A stretch of DNA of 64,000 bases from positions 81,468,001-81,532,000 of the forward strand of contig NC_042998.1 in NCBI RefSeq assembly GCF_006345805.1. The letters are read 5' to 3'. Numbering within the stretch: the first letter of the stretch is position 1; each line of letters starts with the position of its first letter. The stretch is from Octopus sinensis (Eukaryota). The notes below the pieces were generated by a model, which ran no database searches, had not been told where the DNA came from, and saw nothing but the letters and a program-made list of their open reading frames with translations. A program made the translations under genes and the position numbers. Of the stretch, positions 52,875 to 64,000 are shown one piece after another.

Positions 52875-53178
52875 ATGTTGATAAGCCTGGTACTTATTCT
52901 ATTAGTTTCTTCTTGTGAAACCAGTAAGTTATGGGGATGTAAATAAACGAACAGCAGTTGTGAAGTAGTGATGAGGGTGAAACACACATACACTTAAATA
53001 TATACATACATATATATACGATTGATTTCTTTCAGTTTCTGTCTACAAAATCCACTGACAAGGCTTTGGTTGGTCGGAGGCTATAGCAGAAACACATGCC
53101 AAGTCACCACACAGTGGGACTGAACCCAGGACCATGTGTTTTGGAACGAAATTTGTTACCACACAGCCACACCTGCAC
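52875..53178 (-). mobile_element. SINE family B; an inverted head copy lies at 53332-53385
   Basis: Head aggtgcaggtgtggctgtgtggtaa on both strands around a microsatellite. Confidence 0.8.
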
Positions 53179-53493
53179 CTATGTGTGTGTGTGTGTGTGT
53201 GTATGGGTGTATATATGTATGCATATATATATATGAATATGTATGTGTACATATTACATGTACATCTATATGCATAGAAATAAATGTATACATATACAGC
53301 TATACACACATACACACACACACACATACATAGGTGCAGGTGTGGCTGTGTGGTAAGAAACATCGTTCCAAAACACATGGTCCTGAGCTTAAATTTAAAT
53401 TTAAAATAATAAGGGTGAGAAATTGAATACTAATTTGATTAATATGAATTGAAAACCAGTGGTGTAGCATATAAGACCATAGCGGATCTTCTT

Positions 53494-53809
53494 CTAGCAA
53501 AATGGATGTCCACTGTTAATGGTTCATCCCTATTATATAATAGTTTTACTTTAATAGTTTCAGTATTAAAGTGAAAGTATCTGACATTACAATAGAGAGA
53601 TGTTTTTGTTTCACTTTTAACACGTAATACTGAAATAGTGGAGAAGATATGATATTGCTGTGGGCTCGCCCTAGGCAAGAAGTTAGAAATGTTTTTGCCC
53701 ATGACACTACATGGGCCCTAAGTAAGGCATGTGTAAAATTTGAATGAAATTGGTTGTGTAGTTCTCAAGTTTTAGGGATTCACACAGACAGACAGACACA
53801 CATTCTCAG

Positions 53810-53812
<3 letters not shown>
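53494..53812 (-). mobile_element. Short Helitron of the same family as 41818-43374
   Basis: Reverse complement of 41820-42200 (actgagaatgtgtgtct..cctagggcgagcccacagca..); ends CTAG at 53494-53497. Confidence 0.8.
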
Positions 53813-53852
<40 letters not shown>

Positions 53853-53939
53853 TGACGCCACACATCCACTTCCAAGTAAGTTCTATTTTAATAATTATGA
53901 TGCACACACTTAACTCTTTACTTGACCTTTCCTCCCTAC

Positions 53940-54653
53940 CTGTCTGTCTTCCTCCTTGCCTGTCTCTGTCCCTCTCTTATTATTAATCCTTTCTGGTTTT
54001 CTCTCCCACCCTTCCACATTCGTCCCTTTCACCGTTCCCTCTCTCTTACTCCTCCTCCTCCCTCTCGTCCCTGACCAGAGGGTAACTAACTTTATTTCTG
54101 ACTACTGCCTTCAACAAGTCTACAACGGCTTCTCCTGTCCTCATAAGCCGTTTTCTCAATGTGTTCAAATGAATTTTTCCATCGTCTAGACTTAAAAGCC
54201 CTTATTGTTTGTTTTTACTGTGTTATTCTCCTTGTCCTGTCTTTTACTGTTTTTTATTTGTATTGCTTTTACTGTCTTGTTTCGTTTTTACTGTCCTGTA
54301 CTTGTCACCATTTTTACCTCTCCGCAACAAATCCCAAATTTTATTTAATTTGTATTGCGAGAAGGACTGTTTGAACGAAGTCGTGTCCTGCCCTTACCTT
54401 CGAAACACGGAGTAGTCGAAGCAGGGGCAGTTGAAGAAGGGGAATATTCCTTGTGTTGTATGTCTTGTACTCTATTTTTTCGTTGTTTGAAAAAGTCCGT
54501 TTCCATGTTTTGTTTTTATGTTTCCATTTCTCGTTGTGTTCTACGTTTTTTTAGTGCCCTGTACCCATATATGCATGTATATAAACATATATATGTAGGC
54601 ATGTACATATACGTATGTATGTATGCATATGGTTTATTTATTAATTTTTTTAT

Positions 54654-54655
<2 letters not shown>
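53940..54655 (+). repeat. Probable PLE pLTR derivative; last 260 bp shared with 4140-4385
   Basis: Pyrimidine-rich start, T-rich middle, shared tail. Confidence 0.55.
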
Positions 54656-54727
<72 letters not shown>

Positions 54728-54731
<4 letters not shown>

Positions 54732-54895
54732 AGCAGGAGTAGCAGGCGCAAGAATGTCTGTGCAGTAAGTAGCTTGCTTACCAACCGGGTTCAGTTTCAC
54801 TGCGTGGCACTTTGGGCAAGTGTTTTCTACTATAGCCTCGGACCGATCAAAACCTTGTGAGTGGATTTCATTGGCGGTAAACGAAAGAAGCCCGT

Positions 54896-54900
<5 letters not shown>
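54728..54900 (+). mobile_element. SINE family B, 5' half
   Basis: aggagcaggagtagc..cactgcgtggcactttgggcaagtg. Confidence 0.8.
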
Positions 54901-54946
<46 letters not shown>

Positions 54947-56123
54947 GTATGTATGTGCTTCCTCCTAGTTATTGTGTATCAAATTTTATCACAATGCATC
55001 CTATGGCCTAGGGCTGTAATAGAAAACACTTACACAGTTTGCCGTACAGTAAACACTTAACCTGAAATCACGTGGTTGCAAAGCGAGCTTCTTAAGCACA
55101 CAGCCATACTTGCAAAGTATTCTAAATTGTGTACGATTTTCTTATACATGAATACAAATGCAGGTTTTCGTTATTAAAATAAAATCGTTTGTAGTGAATA
55201 TCAAGAAAATAAATTACACATCTAAAATATTGAACTATGTCTTAAGGTAGTGGATATTTGTAGATCCTGCAGCAGTTTGTAAATACTTGAGAAACAAAGA
55301 ACATCCCACGATAATATTATTCTATCAAGCATGATAACTGAGTTTGCTATACACATTCAATAAGTGGACAGTGGGTGTTTGAGAGATCATTGATCGGAAT
55401 GTTGAAATAGAATAGCTAGATAAATGTACCGCTCGAATAGGCTTGGCGTTAATGTTTATCTATTCAGCTATTATAAATTTTAAATTAGAAAATAAAGAAA
55501 AATTTATAAAAAAAACAATTTAGCACTTTTACAAACATCCCTTCTCATACTGACAAGATGAATAAAAGTTTTGAAAAGCCAGTAGGTCACAATTCCTGTT
55601 TTTAATTTATAAAGAATTTGAACGAGTATGATGCCTCATTTAACCTCTTCCAGACAGACTTCTTCACACTTGTTATGTTAAAAAGATACCTTACAAAGAA
55701 TCACTTGTAGTAGATGTTCGATAAATATATTTATTCAGTTTATTCTATGCCTGAAATGTTAATGAATAGTCTCCGAAATAACTATAAGCGATATTGTTTT
55801 GTAACCATTGTTTTCCTTAGAAATGGTTGATTGATTCGTTTCATTTTAAGAAAGGTTTGATTACTTCCTTTTAATCTGAAACTTGCCTGCTATAAGTGTA
55901 TTCGTAAACGATGATTAAACAATAGCGATATATTACAGTTTCTGAAGAAGAAATTTAAAAGATTTTTTCTCGAGCCCTAGGATTCATAAGGCCGGTTACG
56001 CTGTTTTCAAGGTGTATAAGTGATCAAGGTCGCAACGCTTCCACTGAACGTGATACAAATCAGCTGCAGAGTCCAAGGCCAACAATTTCGAGAAGAGGGG
56101 ACGAGTCAATTACTCAATACTTC

Positions 56124-57075
56124 ACAGTTTTGTCATATCTGTTTTCGACTTGGTAACAATTCGAATAATTTTTACTGATTAAATTCGTTTCACAACTTTC
56201 TGACAAATACTCTCACTTGTGTCGATATAATATATCTGAACATGTAACATACAGATCTTCAAAGGCGGCAAGGTGGCAGAAATGTTAGCACGCCGGGCGA
56301 AATGCTTAGCAGTATTTCGTCAGTCTTTACGTTCTGAGTTCAAATTCTGCCGAGGTCGACTTTGCCTTTCATCCTTTTGGGGGTCGACAAATTAAGAGAG
56401 TCATAGGTAGAGTTCCATCTGGTATTGTTGGGGACCACCGGCCTCCTTTTCAAGCATCCAGAATGCTGTCTGCCGCCACCGTGCTGCGGCTCTACAGAGT
56501 CCACAGCCGCTGCGCCTTGGATATGGCCAAGCTGTAGATCTACTCAGTACTTCACTGGTGTTTTATTTCTATCGAGTCTGAATGGATGAAAAGCAAAGTT
56601 GTCTTGGGTAGTATTTGAACTCAGCACATAATATAATCGGAAGAAATGCTGCAATTCATTTTATTCAATGCGCGAACGCCATAAAGAATGAGGTTAATTT
56701 ACAGAAATTGTAGATTTGTATACTCTTTCCTACTCTAGGCACAAGGCCCGAATTTTGTGGGGAGTGGGCCAGTTGATTAGATCAACCATACTACGCAACT
56801 AGTACTTAATTTATCGACCCCGAAAGGATGAAAGGCAAAGTCGACCTCGGCGGAATCCGAACTCAGAACGTCAAGACAGACGAAATACAGTTAAGCATTT
56901 CTCCCGGCGTGCTAAAGTTTCTGCCAGCTCGCCGCCATTGACGATCTGTGTATTATATGTCCACATCATTATATCGACACAAGTGAGACGAAATGTCAGA
57001 AAGTTGTGAAACGAATTCAATCAGTAAAAATGATTCGAATTGTTAACAAGTCACAAACAGATATGACAAAACTGT
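56124..57075. repeat. Inverted duplication (~270-bp arms 56124-56396 and 56805-57075); each arm is a 140-bp flank plus SINE A head; right SINE complete (56722-56936)
   Basis: acagttttgtcatatctgttt.. / ..aaacagatatgacaaaactgt; both SINE heads point inward. Confidence 0.85.
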
Positions 57076-57959
57076 ATTATTTCAGAATCAAAACAGTAAC
57101 AAACTGAACAACTAATTTATTAAGAAAATAATACAGGAAATACCTCTAACGGTCAGTAAATATTACTCCTACTGATGTATCTTGCAACAGTGTGAATATT
57201 TAGTATATTTTAAATAACCATTTCGACACATATCTATAATAGAGCTGATGTCTGTTACAAGACATATGTTCAGCTGGCGACCATAAAAATATTTTCGAAT
57301 AGTTCCGGTTTGAGGTAATCAGTCTTAATAGACATGATCTAAATTCCTATTATTTGGAAAATATATATTTCTTAGAGAATTATCATCATAAATGTATTCA
57401 ATAAAGATTTGTCATGATACGGTTAATAAACTTAACTTACACTTGATAAATTTCCAAATATAGAACTCCTTATCTATTTCCTGCTCACAAGACTAATTTC
57501 TTGATATCTTATTCATTGTATGCTCTGAGATAAAATATATGAAACGATATATATTCCTTTGTGCTCTACGTCAAGTTAATATTTCTTTTCATAATTGATT
57601 TTGTTAAAAGTACATATGAACAACGATCGCAATCAAGCTACAAATTTTTACTAGTTTGACATTCGTTGTAATCAATTACTCCAGTGACTACATTCACGTT
57701 TTTTTCTAGGGCTATAAATATTTTGCTCACCTACTAAAGCGTTACTCAAACAAATAGTAACTACAAATTCTCTTTTCGGACATCATCTACCACCGATGCA
57801 TTCTTATTTGCACAAAGCACAGAGTCTATTTTACGTTCTCGCTCATCCTTGGGTATAATTTTCTGAAGTATGAGACCTTTTGTAACAATTGTTTTGGCGC
57901 CGCTTATTTGGCGTCGCTGATTTGATGGCCACTTATTTGACAGCAGACATTCTAATGCT

Positions 57960-58290
57960 TCTCTCATTCTTTCTTACGCTTTCTTCTTCTTTTTTTCTTC
58001 TTCTTTTTTTTCTTCTCTTTTTCTTCTTTTCTTATCTTCTTCTTCTTCTTTTTCTTCTTTTTTCTTTTTTTTTACTCCTCTTCTTCTTTTTCTTCTCTTT
58101 GTTCTTCTTCTTCTTTTTCTTCTTCTTCTTTTTCTTCTTCTTCTTTTTTTTCTTTCTTTTTCTTCTTTTTTCTTTTTTTTTTTCTTCTTCTTTCTCTTTT
58201 CTTCTCTTCTTTTTCTTCTTCTTTCTTCCTCTTCTCCCTCGTCTTCTTTCTTCTTCTTCGTCTCTTCTTCTTCTTCTTTCTTCTTCTCAA
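57960..58290 (+). repeat. (TTC/TTTC)n polypyrimidine low-complexity tract
   Basis: Direct read. Confidence 0.95.
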
Positions 58291-58849
58291 TATGTATGAG
58301 CATATTTCTCTTCCTGTGTATCAGGAGAAGGAAAGTGTTTCTGACAATCATGTCCGACTAACAAATGGCAACGTTTCTCTGTCAGTCTGTCTACCCGTCT
58401 GTCTCTCTCTCTTCCTCTCTTTCTCACTCTGACTACCTGCATAAGCATGACTCTGCGCGCGCTACTCGCGTGTGGTTGTGCGTGTTCACCTCCAGTGCCA
58501 AAACGTACTGTCTGCAAAACAGATTCAATGTGCTAAATCACTAGCATCCAACTAGCCGCGTCGAATCGTCTCTTTTCTTAGTGTCACGTTGCTATCGATT
58601 ATTTTAAATGAATTTTTAATCGTACATTAGCTTACATGTGGCGGAAAGTCTACCGAAAATATATCAGAAGAAGGTTATATATATTATAGGCTCTAAAGTA
58701 GGGCAAGCAAGGAATCTAATGGAGTTAGTAACAAGAGTTAGTAACAAAGCATATTAGTTGTTTTGTGTTTGATTGAATTATATTAAGAAGAGGTTTTAAT
58801 TTAGCGTAGACATTTGTACTCTGACAGAGAATTGTGACCACATCTAACC

Positions 58850-59860
58850 AAAAGGTTAATCCCCTAACCGCTAATCCCCTAACTAAAAATGTTAGCTTCG
58901 AAAACGCTAAACTGCTAAACAGGTTTTAAAAATTAGCAGAAGATGATACTAACTGATAACCGCTAACTTTTATCAAACGAGTTTAGCTGCAGCCTGTGGA
59001 ATGGTTGGCAAGAGTTCAACGTCTCTACCAAACTGCATAAATGCCTTGACAAAGCTTTTGCCGTTGTCCGTCGTGGTCCTGGTCACCTTGTCTTGCGGGA
59101 TGGAACTTGTAATAGGTGTCCACCATGGCCTGAGCGAGAATATGAAAGGTGTGATGTCTTCTGAGCCAAGAACAGGCTAGGTCTTGGGGTTCAGCCAGTG
59201 TGCCGTCGTCCCCAGGTAGGACCTGTTGTGGGCCAACTAGCAGTCCACGGTGGTCGCCATCTAGGGAACATCCTTGACCAATCTCTAATTTAAAATGTTA
59301 TATAAACTGACATAGAGTATAATCAAAGCCTACTAAAAAAAAAAGCTAGTCTCACATCCGAATCTCTACGCAAGGGAAGAGTCAGCCTTGATCCTCTCCT
59401 CAAACTAGATGGCATGGCTGGTTGTTTTCACTTGAATTGCGACTTCAAGTTGTAGAGGCCTGCTGCATGTCCTTTGATGGTGGTCTCCTTGAGGTGACAC
59501 ATGACGCACCGGAAGTTCTCTTATCTCTTGACGTAAGGACAAAGTAGTCCTCCAGGTGAAGATACGGGTTCTGAGACGACTGGCTTTCAACCTGAGTGAC
59601 CTCTGCCTCACCCACAGCCGTTGCAGACTCCACAACAGGCCTTCATCCTCTTCCATAACCTTCCATAACGATAAGCGACAATGTGATAATCCGATATCGT
59701 ACACTGCTATCACTGACACTGTAAGACTGTCTGTAACGTGACAACGTCGTACGTGAACTAAACTCAAAACTGTAGAATTACACAATACTGCTTAGCGAGC
59801 TGCTGCAGCGTCGACCAATCGCGTCTTATCACGTGTACTCGTAGTCAGCCAGGTTTTACA
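58850..59860 (-). mobile_element. hAT (Ac-like) transposon remnant
   Basis: BED finger NPYLHLEDYF..CVMCHLKETTIKGH..YNLKS (59345-59633); catalytic region MATTVDC*LAHNRSYLGTTAHWLNP..DKVTRTTTDNGKSFVKAF (59005-59280); accgctaa/ttagc subterminal-type repeats at 58850-58994. Confidence 0.8.
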
Positions 59861-60203
59861 AGAGGAGTTAACGAAAGAAAAATGAGGTATACAGGAATAA
59901 AGCTGAACAGGTACCATGGTCTGCAAATTACTTGGTGCAAATGTATGTGTATTATTTGTGCATACATATACATATATGTATGTATGTATGTGTGTGTATC
60001 TATGCATATGTATATATAAGATTTTTAGTATTTGAGAATGCTATTCTTACTTTATGCGAATTTATAGTGGAGTAGTATCTAGAATTCCTAGGAAAATTCT
60101 TAGTAACGGCTTCATGGAATTGTAAAGGGAGATTAGACCTGATTTGTTTCCCGAAAGGAATCACAAATCAGATATAGTTTTTTTGTTCTTGGAATGGCTG
60201 AGA

Positions 60204-60600
60204 GTGTTGACATTTACATTAAAGGGTATATTTCTGTGTTGTAGAATGGGTTTTGGTTTACGCTGGCCTCCCCTGGTCCGTAAGTTATTATTGTAAAATA
60301 TATTTGTGTCGACGTTGCTAGAGCTGAAATCACTATTTATGTTATTTATATTATTATTAGAAGTTATCTTATCTTGATGGGCAGATATTAGTTTAGGATG
60401 GGCCGGATCGATATATGATACCTTATAAGATATAAGATAACTTCTAATAATAATATAAATAACATAAATAGTGATTTCAGCTCTAGCAACGTCGACACAA
60501 ATATATTTTACAATAATAACTTACGGACCAGGGGAGGCCAGCGTAAACCAAAACCCATTCTACAACACAGAAATATACCCTTTAATGTAAATGTCAACAC
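60204..60600. repeat. Perfect 169-bp inverted repeat (60204-60372 / 60432-60600), 59-bp spacer
   Basis: I found no mismatch comparing the arms base by base. Confidence 0.95.
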
Positions 60601-61183
60601 ACCTTTCATTCATATAAATAGTGACTAATATAGATAACCCCTCGATTTCCCAAAAAAAGTTTTGCTATATTTCACCTCAATAGTCAAAAAAGATTTTCTT
60701 ATATTCCCAATTACTACTATCCATTCTTGCGTTGCCTCTCACCTCGCCCGATTCTTTCTCCCTTTCGCTATCTACTTTCCTTTCCCTACAGTAAACATAA
60801 TCGAACACACAGATACAGACCTTTCAACTCACAGCTGTCAGTTTTCTGACATCTACCCATCCACAAACACAATCACGCATTCAGACACACACATACACAC
60901 ATTAAGACAGTTATATACAGTCACACACACAGGCACTCATTCAAAAAAGAAATCATTTAAACCCACCATTCTTTTGACCTGCACTCTCTCACCTTACTAT
61001 TCTTATGCCTCCCTCTTCCTACTTCGTTTGAACTCTTGAACCTTTAGAAACTTCTAGATTCTTCTAAATTCAGCCACTCTGACGTCACTCATTATAAAGA
61101 GACACTCATTATCGCCATGGGCTCCTTGAGAGCGGTCAGCTAAAAGTTTTTTGTGCATTTTGATGTCGACATAAGTTCCTTGA

Positions 61184-61259
61184 TTTTCCTGATGAGAAAT
61201 CTGCATAATGTACTCCTTATTCCTTAGGAATATGCAGCCTTCGAAACATATGTCGAGAA
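61184..61259 (+). ncRNA. Canonical-core type I hammerhead H11 (CUGAUGA, G-C closing pair, site GUC, cleavage after 61254)
   Basis: UUUUC-CUGAUGA-GAA(AU)CUGCAUA...UAUGCAG(CC)UUC-GAAAC-AUAU-GUC-GAGAA. Confidence 0.88.
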
Positions 61260-61462
61260 TAAAGGATATTTGTTAACTAGTCGTTCAACTCCATTCTTTC
61301 ATATACTTATAATTTAAAATAAACATACAAATTTCCACACGAAGACACGTAGTCTATATCCTAGGGACGTAGCTTCAAGCGTGTTCTTTCTGATGTGAAT
61401 TTGCTACCCAGGTATCGGTTATCTTTCGAATTATCCTTAATAAGATAATTCATTCAATTATT

Positions 61463-61551
<89 letters not shown>

Positions 61552-61569
61552 TATATATAGGTATGTATG

Positions 61570-61790
61570 TATGCATATAGTGAAACCAAACAAAGAAAAA
61601 CAAACATTTAAAATCAACAACACGAGCACGTGGTATAAGTAATGTATTATCAGACGCCCAGGAAAGGAAAGAAAGAGGATTTAACGTTTCAACCAAAGCT
61701 CTTCTTCAGAAATAGAGGAAAGTCCCTAAGAAGACGGGGGAAGAAAATCACCAACGATTCACACGTGCTTGCCAGAACAATGCAAAGTAA
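61570..61790 (-). repeat. pLTR-like repeat (family of 14440-14645) with decayed HHR H12 at 61679-61713
   Basis: AUUU-CUGAAGA-A-GAGC(UUU)GGUU-GAAAC-GUU-AAAU. Confidence 0.75.
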
Positions 61791-61900
61791 AAGCAAAGCA
61801 AATCACAAGAAAACAAATGAATTAATGTAGACTTTCCTTACATTCAATATTTCAGTGTTATGACCCCATCCTCAAGAAATTAAAGTATGTTATATATATA

Positions 61901-62030
61901 GGCGCAGGTGTGGATGTGTGGTAAGAAGCGGACGAAAGTTGTTACTGAAAGAGGCTCTACTGTAGGGTAAGATTTTTTGCTCCAGCATGACCACAGTAAA
62001 ATGCCTGAAACAAATAAGCGAATAAAAGAA
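61901..62030 (+). mobile_element. SINE family B, collapsed head plus tail
   Basis: ggcgcaggtgtggatgtgtggtaag..gctccagcatgaccacag..ctgaaacaa. Confidence 0.6.
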
Positions 62031-62071
62031 TATACATACATACATACATACATATATACATACATACATTC

Positions 62072-62166
<95 letters not shown>

Positions 62167-62375
62167 TGCAGTTGAAACAGGGTTATGATTATGTACCCCC
62201 ATGTATCATAGAAGTGTGTCATACTTCTTGGAGAAATATAAGTCGAAAGTTTTCCAAGAAAACTATTTGCTTCTTACATCACCCACGCAATGAAGGTGAA
62301 TTAAATTTCAAAACTGTTTTATATACATCACCCTATGCGTGCACACACAAACACAGACACACAGACACACAGACA

Positions 62376-62493
<118 letters not shown>

Positions 62494-62976
62494 TATGTAT
62501 AAATACACACACACACATATGCAAGAGAGGAGTTTTAAAAAACAAACAAATTTGACTGTTAGATCAATATAGAACATACGAAGAATAAATGAGGCAGAAT
62601 TTGATGCGTTTCAAAAAATGTTCTTTATATAATTATCTTTTACCAAAGTTCGATTCGTTTATGCACTTGAAATTTATTTATGCAGTAGACTATTTTGAAT
62701 AATTTGAATAAAGCCTTTCTTTCTGTATATAATTTTTTTTGTATAAATTGTTTTCAATTTTTATCATTATATTTTCTGTATGTTTTCTGAGATTACTATG
62801 TATTTGTTGTTAATCTCAAATTTGTTCCTTTGTATGAGTGAGTAAAATCCTTTCCTTTTTCAAAAATAAAATTCTAGATAATTTCTCCTTAGAAATAGAA
62901 TGGAGAATAAATTTAAAGGAAGCTGTATATTGTCCACAACAATCACACGTTAAACTTTACGTACGTGTATGTATGG

Positions 62977-63053
<77 letters not shown>

Positions 63054-63055
63054 AC

Positions 63056-63089
<34 letters not shown>

Positions 63090-63189
63090 TGAAGAGAGGC
63101 AGAGGGAGAGATAGAGAGAAAAGAGAGAGAGATACATAGATTCATATACAGATATACATAAACATATAAGAGTATTAATACACACACAC

Positions 63190-63555
63190 AAATATAGGGA
63201 TAAGCAAGTTAGACAGGGCAATGTACAAAGTATATTAAATACAGTTAATACAAAATATGTTAATATATTTATATACAAAAAGCTCCGATTTACGCAGGAA
63301 TCAAGATTTCTTCCCTGAAAATGGAGACTCGTCTCATCCGACGATGGAACAATCTACAAACATTAATTTGGACCGCTGAGGCCCCCAGAAACAGCTGTTG
63401 TATTCGTAATACTTTTCTTTAACCCCTTTAATTTCTTGATATCATTTCTATTCTGTGTAAGTCGGAGTTTTTTGTATGTCAATACATATACATTATTTTG
63501 TATTAAATTTATTTAATGTACTTTGTATATTGACTCCCTGACTTGCTTATCCTTA
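63190..63555. repeat. Degenerate inverted repeat (~120-bp arms) around an HHR-like motif H13 (63332-63405)
   Basis: ggataagcaag..acaaagta / tactttgt..cttgcttatcc; CCGACGA-UGG..CCA-GAAAC-AGCU-GUU, stem I poor. Confidence 0.6.
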
Positions 63556-63699
63556 CGTTTAATTCTCTACCCGCTCAAATCTAAAGCTCTTGAGCACTAC
63601 TAAGTGCTATTCTGTTTGGGGAATATCTTATTCTCATCTATGAATTATACTCACAAATATATGTACGTGGTTTGCCGATATAAACATTTATAAACTCTT

Positions 63700-64000
63700 T
63701 ACTCTTTTAGCAGTTTCAGCTAAGTTCATGCTGGGATGGGACATCGCCAGTTACTGTTACCATACCTTCATTAATAATCTTTTGATAAGTGGCATTTGGT
63801 GTAAAAAGGAGTTTGATGCTGCTGACCTCATTCCCACTTGCTCCCGTAAAATTGACTCATCCGGGCTCCTTGACATCAAGTTTAGTTTTGTGTACTTCTA
63901 TATTCACAACATATGGGTCCCTCAGCTCCTTCGGGAAGATATTGAAGAACTGAATACAAAGGTATTGCAGTACTTGGTCCTGTAGTTTGTCGACTGCGGA
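63700..64000 (-). mobile_element. 3' end of a CR1/L2-group LINE, continuing past the window end
   Basis: RTKYCNTF..QFFNIFPKELRD..KTKLD..MRSAASNSFLHQMP; tail cccagcatgaacttagctgaaac. Confidence 0.78.

Noticed and set aside
54360-54445. Possible type II or tandem HHR (CUUC-GAAAC..GUA..UGAAGAAGGG; also 4141-4175)
   Set aside because: No register gives a valid core with both stems; needs a family consensus.
57889-58351. Long poly-F/L and poly-K/E/R ORFs
   Set aside because: Translations of the (TTC)n tract.

Overview
AT-rich, microsatellite-dense eukaryotic DNA with no host protein-coding exon that I can support. The SINE families match, from memory rather than a search, those of Octopus or other coleoid cephalopods. 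The window is a layered collection of mostly decayed mobile elements: a near full-length Neptune-type Penelope-like element (PLE) plus three other PLE endonuclease remnants; four CR1/L2-group LINE pieces; RTE and RLE (R4/NeSL-type) fragments; a rearranged Tx1-clade LINE; Tc1, mariner and two hAT remnants; four non-autonomous Helitron-like elements; MITEs; and over 20 tRNA-derived SINE copies from two families. Three results stand out. (1) About 13 minimal type I hammerhead ribozyme (HHR) motifs from several unrelated repeat families, including recurring non-canonical cores (CCGANGA, CUGUNGA) and a non-coding ~353-nt HHR unit in partial tandem plus inverted arrangement, which is retrozyme-like. 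(2) A Tx1 LINE inserted into the tRNA-like head of a SINE with a 13-bp target-site duplication (TSD); its 3' end shares 24 nt with the tail of the other SINE family. (3) Several fold-back structures, one a perfect 169-bp inverted repeat. Coordinates were read by eye; ends of degenerate elements are approximate (about +/-20 bp).
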